Assembly (NCBI GenBank): GCA_041748855.1
Contig: JBGTCK010000038.1
Span: 78,514-142,513 of the forward strand
Direction of reading: 5' to 3'
Source: Acidimicrobiia bacterium
GTDB taxonomy: Bacteria > Actinomycetota > Acidimicrobiia > Spongiisociales > ZC4RG35
Length of the DNA: 64,000 nt
The position numbers were made by a program, and so were the translations under genes. Shown piece by piece: positions 9,555 to 18,617 of the stretch. The notes beneath the pieces were generated by a model. It had not been told where the DNA came from, made no database searches, and saw only the letters and a list, made by a program, of their open reading frames with translations. Each line of letters starts with the position of its first letter. The stretch's first letter is position 1.

Positions 9555-10589
9555 ATGTACGGAGGACCTCTTCGAAATCTCGCCCTCGCCGGTTCAGCAG
9601 AGGCGATCGGGGCGACCCATGGGCTCCGACTCGGCGAACCGATAAAGGCATACCTGTCCGACCGGCTCGACCTCGCCGGAGACCCCTACTGGGCGGGCCG
9701 TTCAGAAGATGCCGGGACGATCCTGAAGATGGCGGAGGAGACCCTCGACCATCACGCCAAGTTCTCTGAGAGCCTCTACGAAGAGATGCTGTCGATGGCG
9801 GCCAGCGCTGGGATCACCCCTGCCGACGCGGTCGTGGTCGGCGGGTTCACCGACCTGATCGACCTGGTGCGGGCAGCCGGGGAACCGGGCATCGAAGAGG
9901 ACGACTGCACAGGTGTGATCGATGCTGCGAACGGCCTCGTCGCCCAGACGTGGGACATGCACGCCTCAGCGGGCGAGTACGTCTATCTGTTCGACATTCG
10001 ACCCGACGACCGGCCGCGAGCTCTCGTGCAGACGACTGCAGGTTGTCTCGGCCAGATCGGAATGAACGAAGCCGGGATTGCCATCGGGATCAACAATTTG
10101 ACGTCGATCGGGAGGCCTGGTGTCACCTGGCCTTTTGTGGTCCGTAAGGTCCTCGAGACCACCGACCTCGACGCCGCCGTCAAGGTGGTGGTCGACGCCG
10201 AGCTCGCCGGGGGCCATAATTTCATGATCATGGGCCCGGACGGCGCTGGTTGCAACATCGAGGCGATGCCGGGCAGCTACCGTGTGACCAAGGTCGAAAC
10301 CGGTTCGTTCGTGCACACGAATCACTGTCTCGCCGGGGTGACGAAAGGCGAGGAAGGTCTGCGCAACCCGCTCAATGAGGCGAATTCCGACCGCAGACTG
10401 GCGCAGGGTTCGGCCCTGGCCTCCGATCTCGAAGCCTTCTTCGCCGATGCTGACATCAACCGTTCAGCCTCGAATCCCCATGAGGTGGCGACCTGTGGAG
10501 CGGTAGTGATGCGGCCAACCCGACGTTCGATGGACGCGGTGTGGGGCCAGCCCGGTGCACATCCATGGGAGCACTTCACTTTTGGCTGA
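9555..10589 (+). CDS. C45-family peptidase / acyl-CoA:6-APA acyltransferase-like protein
   Basis: The putative autoproteolytic nucleophile context EEDDCTGVI and the block GHNFMIMG...HTNH resemble Ntn-hydrolase C45 members. Confidence 0.65.
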   Translation: MYGGPLRNLALAGSAEAIGATHGLRLGEPIKAYLSDRLDLAGDPYWAGRSEDAGTILKMAEETLDHHAKFSESLYEEMLSMAASAGITPADAVVVGGFTDLIDLVRAAGEPGIEEDDCTGVIDAANGLVAQTWDMHASAGEYVYLFDIRPDDRPRALVQTTAGCLGQIGMNEAGIAIGINNLTSIGRPGVTWPFVVRKVLETTDLDAAVKVVVDAELAGGHNFMIMGPDGAGCNIEAMPGSYRVTKVETGSFVHTNHCLAGVTKGEEGLRNPLNEANSDRRLAQGSALASDLEAFFADADINRSASNPHEVATCGAVVMRPTRRSMDAVWGQPGAHPWEHFTFG

Positions 10590-11208
10590 GGGGCACGAAG
10601 AGATACGGCTCGTCAATCTCGTAGAATCGATGGCGCCCGCTCTCGCTGCCATCGAACTCGCCTGCTTTCCAATGGCGAATCCCGATGACCTGTTCAGCGA
10701 GGACGATATCCGTCAATACGCCCGGGTCTTCCCCGAGGGCTATTTCGTAGCAATGGCGGGTGATACCCCCGTCGGGATGGGAGCGGGGATATTCCTCGAC
10801 TTCGATTTTTCCAACCCCCAGCACACAATCGCCGAGATCACAGGGGAGCACCAATGTGGCAACCACGACCCCGAAGGTGGGTGGTACTACGGGACCGACA
10901 TCACGGTGCTGCCCTCCCACAGAGGACAAGGTATCGGAGGGTTGCTCTATGAGGCGCGTAAGGATCTGGTCAGGAGACACGGGAAGCAGGGCATCATCGC
11001 CGGCGGGTCACTCCCCGGCTTCTATACCTACAAATCGAAGATGACGATCCAGGAGTATGTGGATGCTGTGGTCCGGGGCGAGCTCCGCGATCCGACACTG
11101 TCGTTCCAGCTCGACAACGGCTTCGAAGTGCGGGGCCTGCTCGAGAACTACATCGAAGACGAGGCGGACGACGGGTGGGCAACGCTGATCGTGTGGGAAG
11201 CCGACTGA
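10555..11208 (+). CDS. GNAT-family N-acetyltransferase
   Basis: Acetyl-CoA binding motif VLPSHRGQGIGGLLYEA. The start is uncertain: ATG 10555, TTG near 10582 or ATG 10630. It overlaps the C45 gene end. Confidence 0.7.
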   Translation: MHIHGSTSLLAEGHEEIRLVNLVESMAPALAAIELACFPMANPDDLFSEDDIRQYARVFPEGYFVAMAGDTPVGMGAGIFLDFDFSNPQHTIAEITGEHQCGNHDPEGGWYYGTDITVLPSHRGQGIGGLLYEARKDLVRRHGKQGIIAGGSLPGFYTYKSKMTIQEYVDAVVRGELRDPTLSFQLDNGFEVRGLLENYIEDEADDGWATLIVWEAD

Positions 11209-11289
11209 CAGGCCTCTGGTGCCTGACCGTTCGAACCGGCGATTGGAACAGGTCGGAAGGAACCCGACCGGGGCTCGTCAACTAGTGGA

Positions 11290-12216
11290 TCAGCTTGGAA
11301 TTTCGATGGCCAGAGGCTGGCGGAACAGGTCTGGAGGAACCGGCGCCCCGGATCGGATCAACGCCACTTCCCATGAGGGGGAATAGCTGAGAGCCCAACG
11401 CAATGCGTTGACGGCTGCCTTGCCTGCCGGAATCGAAAATGGCAGAGGGGTCAGGCCCAGAATGGCACGCAGGCGGCTTGGCAATGTGGCGGCGGCTGCG
11501 TTGTGGAGCACGTGGTAGGCAGGTTTGATCGTCCGATCCAGTGGTGGGTCTTTGAGGAAGTCCACCGCATCTCGCATTGCTGATGACGGGGCGAGATCAG
11601 GGTGTTCGGCGATCCATCGGTGCAGCCCGGGGGCAGATGCAGGCATCGGATCCGAATCGAGGAGAGCGCCAACCCGGGTCTGCTCTTGGACAAAGAGGTC
11701 ACACTCAACTTCAGTCAGCGAGTGTTCGCCGTACACCTGATGTGCAACCAGGAATGAGTCGGTGAGGGCGTTGTGGACCCAGGCAGAGAAGTTGGGATCG
11801 GCAGCATCGTAATAGACCCCTCTTTCGGAGACACCCTTGACCCGCTTGTGGATTCGCTTCACGGTCTCCACTGCTTGTTCGACTTCGGGCATGGCACCGA
11901 AGGTGGTGGCCGTGACATACGCCGAGGTGCGTGACAGCCGCCCGAGCGGGTCGTCGCGGTATCGCGAGTGGTCGCCGACCCCGGCCACCACCTCCGGATG
12001 CGCGGCCTGGATGAGTAGGCCCCTGATTCCCCCGACGAAAGTTGCGACGTCGCCAATCACCTTCCAGGATACCGACCCCGGCCCGTGGAGACCCGGATCG
12101 CCCATGTAGTCGAAGCTCGAGGCCATCGGATACTCCACATGCCGGAACGGCCCGGAAGCCGCGGCCGCGATGCTGACGCGGATCTGCTTGATCGGGGAGG
12201 TCAGAGCCTCGATCAA
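11290..12216 (-). CDS. DUF2236 (MpaB/LcoP-type) oxygenase-family protein
   Basis: GPGSVSWKVIGDVATFVGGIRGLLIQAAHPEV..HSRYRDDPLGRLSRT is the conserved N-terminal block of DUF2236. Confidence 0.7.
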   Translation of the reverse strand: MIEALTSPIKQIRVSIAAAASGPFRHVEYPMASSFDYMGDPGLHGPGSVSWKVIGDVATFVGGIRGLLIQAAHPEVVAGVGDHSRYRDDPLGRLSRTSAYVTATTFGAMPEVEQAVETVKRIHKRVKGVSERGVYYDAADPNFSAWVHNALTDSFLVAHQVYGEHSLTEVECDLFVQEQTRVGALLDSDPMPASAPGLHRWIAEHPDLAPSSAMRDAVDFLKDPPLDRTIKPAYHVLHNAAAATLPSRLRAILGLTPLPFSIPAGKAAVNALRWALSYSPSWEVALIRSGAPVPPDLFRQPLAIEIPS

Positions 12217-12220
12217 ACTC

Positions 12221-12682
12221 TCAGCCCTCCTGCTCGAGGAGCTCTCCGAGTTGTCCGGTGAAATGTTCCCATCCTTTTAGGTATGCCGCACCCTCATCTT
12301 CGGAGCCGGACTCGCGACGGATGATGCTTGCCACGCTCATGCGGCCGTCTTCCGTTCTGCCATGCCTGTGTCGATGCCGGCCGACATTGCCCGTGTGTCT
12401 CCCGTTGCTGCTGGATGGAGGTTGGCCGGGGACCACGTTCCTTTGATCGCTGGGAGAGGTGGCGTGGGTTCGGGCAAACAGACGCCGGTCGGCCGGGGCT
12501 GCCGCGCTCATGTGGCCGTCTTCCGTTCCGCCATGCCTGTGTCGATGCCGGCCGACTTTGCCCGTGTGTCTCCCGTTGCTGCTGGATGGAGGTTGGCCGG
12601 GGACCACGTTCCTTTGATCGCTGGGAGAGGTGGCGTGGGTTCGGGCAAACAGACGCCGGTCGGCCGGGGCTGCCGCGCTCAT
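12221..12682 (-). CDS. questionable ORF spanning the tandem repeat (two 57-aa P/S/R/H-rich repeats plus a 39-aa unique tail)
   Basis: Its ATG overlaps the speB stop (ATGA) and the 171-nt period keeps the frame. No recognisable family. Third-position GC is roughly 70 percent by my count. It may be a non-coding artefact of the duplication. Confidence 0.3.
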   Translation of the reverse strand: MSAAAPADRRLFARTHATSPSDQRNVVPGQPPSSSNGRHTGKVGRHRHRHGGTEDGHMSAAAPADRRLFARTHATSPSDQRNVVPGQPPSSSNGRHTGNVGRHRHRHGRTEDGRMSVASIIRRESGSEDEGAAYLKGWEHFTGQLGELLEQEG

Positions 12683-12708
12683 GTGGTCGTCTTCCGTTCC
12701 GCCATGCC
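12329..12708. repeat. 171-bp tandem direct repeat, 2 full copies plus a 29-nt third start
   Basis: The string catgYggYcgtcttccgttc starts at 12338, 12509 and 12680 (period exactly 171). The two full units are near-identical by eye. The third start is the last 29 nt of speB. Confidence 0.9.
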
Positions 12709-13695
12709 GTTCAACACTTCGAGGACTATGCGGTTGGCCAGGTAGGCGGTCTGTTCTCCGGGCCCGTCGTAGGCGGGGGATACCTCGACGATGTCGGCGC
12801 CGAGCACTTCGAGCTCTCGTGAGATCCGTCGGATGGTGTCGAGGATTTCCCTCGAGTTGAGCCCGCCCGGCTCCGGCGTCCCCGTTCCGGGGGCCAAACC
12901 CGGGTCGACCACGTCGATGTCAACGGAGATGAATACCCCTTTGGCGCCGCCTTCGAGGCTGTACTCCACCGCTTCGTCGACTACGGCATCCAGCCCGCGT
13001 TTGCCGATATCCTCCATCATGTAGCAACGCATCTTCTGCTCCGACATCCACTCGGTGACGTCCGGCTCCGGCCAGTAACCACGCAATCCGATCTGGACGA
13101 AGCGATGGCCGGGCACTGCGCCGGTTTCGATCAAACGACGCATCGGGGTGCCGTGGCCGATAAGCGCCCCGTGCTGGTGCATCCCCGTGTCGGCGTGAGC
13201 GTCGAAGTGGATGAGCCCGACCTCACCAAAGCCGTGAACCCGGGCGACGCCCAGCGCATCGGGGAAGGTGATGGAGTGGTCGCCACCGAGGACGATTGGC
13301 ACTTTCCCGGAGCGGGTCACGAACTCGACGGTGTCGGCGATCTGGTCGATCGACTTCTCCAGCTGTCCAGGAAACACGTACACATCGCCGACGTCGACGA
13401 CGCCGAGGACCTCAAAGGGGTCGATACCGGTTGTCAGGTGGGGTCGATACCCATCCATGGCGCCGTAGTCGGCGTTTCTAATCGCTTGCGGGCCGAATCG
13501 GGCCCCGGGGCGGTAGGTGGTTCCCCAATCGAACGGGGCGCCGATGATCACGACATCGCCATCTCCCAGATTGTCGGGAGTCACCGCGGGAACGCCGAGA
13601 AAAGAGTTCCTGGAGGCGAAGGAAATGTACTCGGCCGAAGCGAATGGGATCTCGTTCTTTCGCTTTTCATATGGCGTTTCATACGGCGTTGGCAT
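12679..13695 (-). CDS. speB: agmatinase / ureohydrolase-family enzyme
   Basis: Mn-binding motifs LGGDHSITFP, IHFDAHADT and SVDIDVVDP are diagnostic of the arginase/agmatinase fold. Confidence 0.85.
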   Translation of the reverse strand: MPTPYETPYEKRKNEIPFASAEYISFASRNSFLGVPAVTPDNLGDGDVVIIGAPFDWGTTYRPGARFGPQAIRNADYGAMDGYRPHLTTGIDPFEVLGVVDVGDVYVFPGQLEKSIDQIADTVEFVTRSGKVPIVLGGDHSITFPDALGVARVHGFGEVGLIHFDAHADTGMHQHGALIGHGTPMRRLIETGAVPGHRFVQIGLRGYWPEPDVTEWMSEQKMRCYMMEDIGKRGLDAVVDEAVEYSLEGGAKGVFISVDIDVVDPGLAPGTGTPEPGGLNSREILDTIRRISRELEVLGADIVEVSPAYDGPGEQTAYLANRIVLEVLNGMAERKTTT

Positions 13696-13911
13696 CGCCG
13701 GTTACGCTAACCGACCCGAACCGCTTCGTGACGTTCGTTGCCGCTGCAGACACCTCAGGTTTAGTGGGGCAATGCCGATGAGTTGTTGAAGGTGATCGGG
13801 CTGCCGCAATCGAGTGTGTTTTCACCTTGTACTCTGACGGTGAGAGAATTCGAACTCTCGAGTAGTCCGAGCCAAGACTCGTTCCGGGCTGAAAGCTGGC
13901 TAGCACTAACA

Positions 13912-15195
13912 ATGACACAAACGCGCATAAAAACGCCTGCACAAAACACCCTTCTCTCCGCGTGGGGCTTGTTCGCCGCGCTTTTGCTGATCATGATGGG
14001 CAATGGGCTCATTGGGGTACTCATCGGAGTTCGCTCCGAACTCGAGGGTTTCTCGACCACGACAACCGGCTTCATCATGGCCAGCTATTTCGGAGGTTTT
14101 CTCGCAGGGTCCCGACTCACTCCGAGGATCATGGCCCGGGTCGGGCACATCAGAGTCTTTGCGGGCCTCTCGTCTTTGGTCGCCACAACAGCGCTGATCC
14201 ACGCGGTGTGGGTCGTCCCGTTTGCCTGGATCGGGCTACGGCTCGTGTTCGGCTTCGCCATGGCCGGCCTCTACGTGGTGGTGGAGAGTTGGTTGAACGA
14301 CACTGTCACCAATGAGAACCGGGGGCGGGTCATGGCCCTGTACATGGTTTTCGCCATGGGGGGCCTCGCGGCGGGACAGATCGGCTTGGTCTTCGGGAGT
14401 CCTTTGGGCCAGACGCTCTTTCTCGTGGCTGGAGCCTTGATGGCGTTGGCCATCGCCCCTGTGTCCCTCTCGATCAATACCGCCCCCGAGTTCGAGGCCC
14501 CTCCTTCGATGAAGACACGCGACGTCTATAGGGCTGCTCCGGTTGGTGTGGTCACCGCAGTCGGGGCGGGCATGGCGAACGGAGCGCTTATCGGAATGGC
14601 GGCTGTCTATGCGACGCAGGTGGGAATGTCCAATGCTCGCACGGGCGCATTCGTCGCCGCCGCAGCTGCAGGGTCGGTCCTCTTGCAGTGGCCCATCGGG
14701 CAAATGTCTGATCGAATGGATCGGCGACGTGCCATTCTCCTCGTGACCCTCGGGGCAGTTGTCGTCAGCGCAATCGGGATCGGCACGTCGCCTGAGAGCC
14801 CCGGCATCGTCGGCGTGATGCTCCTTTTGGGCGGTTTGTCGTTCCCGATCTATTCGCTCGCCCTCAGCCACGTCGTGGACGTGTTGCCTGCGGGCAGAGC
14901 CGTCACGGGGAGCGTGGCCATTGTTTTCCTGACGGGAGTCGGTTCGATCTTCGGCCCACTACTGGCCTCCGTAGTAATGACCTCGATTGGCCCGGCTGGT
15001 TTCTTCTGGACTATCGCCTTTGTCCACGGGGCGATGGCGCTGTTCGGCTTGTACCGAATCGTCCGGAGACCTGTGATCAAGGGTATCGACCCGCAGCCGT
15101 ACGTTTCGGTACCGGCCCGCTCCACATACATACCGCGTCTGATCACAGTCACGGCAAAGAACGTACGGCGGAACGGAAAGACTTCCAGGGTCTAG
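13912..15195 (+). CDS. MFS transporter
   Basis: 12-TM profile. The start was set to the ATG at 13912 (MTQTRIKTPAQ); the upstream part of the tracked ORF is non-hydrophobic leader. It is divergent from speB. Confidence 0.8.
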   Translation: MTQTRIKTPAQNTLLSAWGLFAALLLIMMGNGLIGVLIGVRSELEGFSTTTTGFIMASYFGGFLAGSRLTPRIMARVGHIRVFAGLSSLVATTALIHAVWVVPFAWIGLRLVFGFAMAGLYVVVESWLNDTVTNENRGRVMALYMVFAMGGLAAGQIGLVFGSPLGQTLFLVAGALMALAIAPVSLSINTAPEFEAPPSMKTRDVYRAAPVGVVTAVGAGMANGALIGMAAVYATQVGMSNARTGAFVAAAAAGSVLLQWPIGQMSDRMDRRRAILLVTLGAVVVSAIGIGTSPESPGIVGVMLLLGGLSFPIYSLALSHVVDVLPAGRAVTGSVAIVFLTGVGSIFGPLLASVVMTSIGPAGFFWTIAFVHGAMALFGLYRIVRRPVIKGIDPQPYVSVPARSTYIPRLITVTAKNVRRNGKTSRV

Positions 15196-15460
15196 TTCGG
15201 TCCCGCCTGTCAGCGGGCCACGGCCCCACCGGCGCTGGCCGCCTCTGATTGGCCGGCCACGATGGCCTGGGCAATCTCGGATATGGAGCAGGCCCTTCCG
15301 GTTTGCGTCGATTGCGGTCACAGGCTCCGGGAGTGTCTCGTTAAAGTAGAGCGTCGCCTCCGATGAGGGGAGGTCCAGGCCATCGGCGACGAACGCGGTC
15401 GCCGCCCTTCCCTTTGTCGAACAACAGCGACAACGACGATTCGAAATCCTTCGGAGATTC

Positions 15461-16753
15461 ATGACTCCGCACGACATCCAGAAGACCTATCTGACGCTGA
15501 TCCTGCTCCAGACACTGGCGGCATCCTTGATCTGGGGCATCAATACCCTTTTCTTGCTCGACGCCGGGCTGTCGCTCACAGGGGCCTTTGTTGCTAATGC
15601 TGCTTTCACCGCCGGGATGGTCATCTTCGAGATCCCCACCGGGGTTATTGCCGACGCTCGGGGACGCAGGGTGTCCTTCATGCTCGGTGCGGCCACGCTT
15701 CTAGTGACGACTCTTGCCTATCTCGCCCTATGGAGCCTGCAGGCAGACCTCCTCTGGTGGATTCTGGTCTCCGCCTTGATCGGGCTCGGCTTCACCTTTT
15801 TCTCTGGGGCTACCGAGGCCTGGTTGGTCGACGCCCTCGAAGCCACTGGCTACGAAGGGGCCATCGAGACCGTATTCGGCAAAGGTCAGACGATCATGGG
15901 TGTTGCCACCTTGATTGGCACCATCGGTGGCGGGTTCCTCGGCACGATCTCGCTAGGCATCCCGTATGCGGCGCGATCTCTGCTTCTTCTGGTGGTGGTG
16001 GGAGCGGCCTGGAAATGGATGCATGACATCGGGTATGAGCCAGATTCGACGGGAAGTATCGCCGACCAGGCTCGGGCAATCCTCAGGGCCTCCGTAACCC
16101 ACGGTCTGAAGAATCCGCCGGTGCGGATGTTCCTCCTGGCAGCTCCGTTTTCAGCCGGGGTCTTCATCTGGGTCTTCTACGCTTTCCAGCCCTACCTCCT
16201 CGAACTCTTCGGCGATCCGAACGCGACCTACCTCGCTGGCATCGCCGCCGCGATCTTTGCCACCGCCCAGATGATCGGAGGCTGGTCGGTGAACCTGATC
16301 AGGCAGGTGTTCCGGAGCAGGACCCTGGTGTTGATCGGCGCTGTTGCGCTCGGAGCCACTGCCCTCGTCGGTGTCGGCCTTGCGTCTCTACTGGAGATTC
16401 CGATCGGTTTCTGGGTTGCTATATCCCTACTGGCGGCAACTGCTCTGATCGCCGCTGTGGCCGCCCCGATGCAGCAAGCGTATCTCAACACCGTGATCCC
16501 ATCGAAGCAACGTGCCACCGTTCTCTCGTTCGCATCACTCACAGGGTCGGCCGGCGGAGTTGTCTTCCAGCCCGCTCTGGGCAGGGTCGCCGATGTCTGG
16601 TCGCTCGGAATCGGCTACGTCGTGGCTGGAGCGCTATACATCCTCCAGCTCCCATTCTTGATCAAGGTCCGCGCCATGGGCCTCGACGCCGATGTGGTGA
16701 GTCCACCAGACAAGAAACCGGCTGACAAGCCGATCGACGAGGTGGCGCCTTAA
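15461..16753 (+). CDS. MFS transporter
   Basis: 430 aa with about 12 TM helices and an MFS loop motif GVIADARGRR between TM2 and TM3. Confidence 0.8.
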   Translation: MTPHDIQKTYLTLILLQTLAASLIWGINTLFLLDAGLSLTGAFVANAAFTAGMVIFEIPTGVIADARGRRVSFMLGAATLLVTTLAYLALWSLQADLLWWILVSALIGLGFTFFSGATEAWLVDALEATGYEGAIETVFGKGQTIMGVATLIGTIGGGFLGTISLGIPYAARSLLLLVVVGAAWKWMHDIGYEPDSTGSIADQARAILRASVTHGLKNPPVRMFLLAAPFSAGVFIWVFYAFQPYLLELFGDPNATYLAGIAAAIFATAQMIGGWSVNLIRQVFRSRTLVLIGAVALGATALVGVGLASLLEIPIGFWVAISLLAATALIAAVAAPMQQAYLNTVIPSKQRATVLSFASLTGSAGGVVFQPALGRVADVWSLGIGYVVAGALYILQLPFLIKVRAMGLDADVVSPPDKKPADKPIDEVAP

Positions 16754-16772
16754 ATCCTGCCATCATGTCGCT

Positions 16773-16991
16773 ATGGAAGTAAGTGACTCAAACGGGGACG
16801 GTCGGGCGGGCAAGGCCATCATCCGCGGCGTATTGATCGGGCTGCCGCTGACGTTCATTTTGTTGACCCTCGGCATCTACCTGATCACCAACAACGACAT
16901 CTTCGACTCGATGGCGACGGCGATACTCCCCGCAATCCTGCTCGGGACCTTCGGCGGCGGATTCGCCGGCATGGCCCTCACCATGGAGTAG
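16773..16991 (+). CDS. small two-TM membrane protein (hypothetical)
   Basis: 72 aa with two clear hydrophobic helices, 20 nt downstream of the MFS gene. Confidence 0.45.
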   Translation: MEVSDSNGDGRAGKAIIRGVLIGLPLTFILLTLGIYLITNNDIFDSMATAILPAILLGTFGGGFAGMALTME

Positions 16992-16994
16992 CGT

Positions 16995-18434
16995 TTACAA
17001 CTCTGCGCGCAGGCTGAACACGATGGTCTGCAGGTCGGTGAACTCGTCGATCCGTTGACGGCCCCATCCGGTGTCGGTCCCGGCAGCCCCGCCGAATGGC
17101 TGGAAAGTCTCCCAGAAGTCGGTCGAGTCGTTCACCACCACAGTCCCGGAACGAATCCGGTCGGCGTACCAGAAAGCTTTTGTGAGGTCGTTGGTGAACA
17201 CTGCTGCCTGCAATCCGAGGTGGGTGCGATTGGCCACATCGATGGCCTCGGCGTCGTCCTTGGCAGCCAGTATCGGCACCACCGGGCCGAACGACTCCTC
17301 CTGTGAGACGGCGGCAGACTCGGGCACTCTGTCGATCACGGTGAATTCGTAGTAGAGGTCTGTCGGGAACCCCGATGCCCGCCCTCCTCCGACGAGGACT
17401 TCAGCGCCCTGATCCCGGGCATCAGCAACATGGCGGTCCATCTTGTCCGCGGTCGCAGCATTGTTCAGCGGGCCCATGTTCGTGTTGTCATCGAACGGAT
17501 CACCCAGACGCACGTTCTGGGCAGCCTTGAGAGTTGCCTCGACGAATTCGTCATGCACTTCGTCGACGACGATCACCCGCTCGGTGGCACAGCACACCTG
17601 TCCTGCGTTGTAGTAGGCGCCGTAGACCGCGGCCTCGGCGGCGAGCGAGATATCGGCGTCGCTGGTGACGATGGTCGGCCCATTCCCCGACATCTCCATG
17701 ATGGAACGCTTCAACCCCATTTGAGAGACGATGCGCTTTCCGGTCTCCGAAGAGCCGGTAAAACCGATCGCATCTATTCCGTCGTGGGTGACCAGCATCT
17801 CGCCAACATCGCCGCCGCCCGGGATCACCGAGATCGCACCTTTCGGCACCCCTGCCTCCTCGAAGACCTTGGCCATTTCGAGCAGGGCCCAACTGGTGAA
17901 CTCCGGGGGCTTGACGATTATCGAATTTCCAGTGGCAAGGCCTGGGCCGACGTACTCCATCGGGATCATGACCGGGAAGTTCCACGGCGTTATCGCGGCC
18001 CAGACCCCGACCGGCCTCCGCACAGTGAACATGCGCCTATGGCGCTCGGTCGTCGGGATCAGTTCTCCAGAGAGCCTCTTGACGTCTTCAGCTGCGATCT
18101 GGAAGTAGTCGCCTGATTCGGCGATGTCGTCGACCGACTCAGCGGCGTAAGGCTTTCCTTGTTCCAGCGTGAGGATTCGCGCCACCTCTTCGACCTGCTC
18201 CTGCCACAGGTCATAGATCCTCAAACAGAGGTCGGCCCGCTCGAACGCGGTCCAGTGCCTGAGGTCGGCGGTCGCCTCCTGGGCTGCTTTCACCGCCCGG
18301 TCGATGTCCGCCTGGGACGCTTTCGGAACGTTGTAGATGTGCTCCCCGGTCACCGGTGAGTGCACTTCGTAGTGGTCGTCGCCGGTTCCTTCTGTCCATT
18401 CCCCGGCGATAAAAAGCTTGAGATCTGTTGGCAT
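16995..18434 (-). CDS. NAD(P)+-dependent aldehyde dehydrogenase
   Basis: Catalytic motifs EMSGNGP (ELGG-type Glu) and YNAGQVCCATERV (catalytic Cys), with FTGSSETGKRI for cofactor binding. Confidence 0.9.
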   Translation of the reverse strand: MPTDLKLFIAGEWTEGTGDDHYEVHSPVTGEHIYNVPKASQADIDRAVKAAQEATADLRHWTAFERADLCLRIYDLWQEQVEEVARILTLEQGKPYAAESVDDIAESGDYFQIAAEDVKRLSGELIPTTERHRRMFTVRRPVGVWAAITPWNFPVMIPMEYVGPGLATGNSIIVKPPEFTSWALLEMAKVFEEAGVPKGAISVIPGGGDVGEMLVTHDGIDAIGFTGSSETGKRIVSQMGLKRSIMEMSGNGPTIVTSDADISLAAEAAVYGAYYNAGQVCCATERVIVVDEVHDEFVEATLKAAQNVRLGDPFDDNTNMGPLNNAATADKMDRHVADARDQGAEVLVGGGRASGFPTDLYYEFTVIDRVPESAAVSQEESFGPVVPILAAKDDAEAIDVANRTHLGLQAAVFTNDLTKAFWYADRIRSGTVVVNDSTDFWETFQPFGGAAGTDTGWGRQRIDEFTDLQTIVFSLRAEL

Positions 18435-18617
18435 TGCAAGAAATCTAACCGCTGGCGGCGTCGAAAGGACTCAGGAAGTAGTCGATCGCGGTCAAAAAGG
18501 GTTACCTGCAGTGCCCGAGGGGCGATTAGTCTCCGTGAACGCATAGCTGGGTTGGCCCTACCGACCGGAGATCCTGGAGCCTCCGGCCGCGGAGCCGACC
18601 CCGAGAGGAGTGAGAAA

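Noticed and set aside
14959-15477. 172-aa minus-strand ORF filling the gap between the two MFS genes.
   Set aside because: Most of it overlaps the 3' end of the first MFS gene. The non-overlapping part (15196-15460) has no recognisable motif and may be a decayed gene remnant at best.
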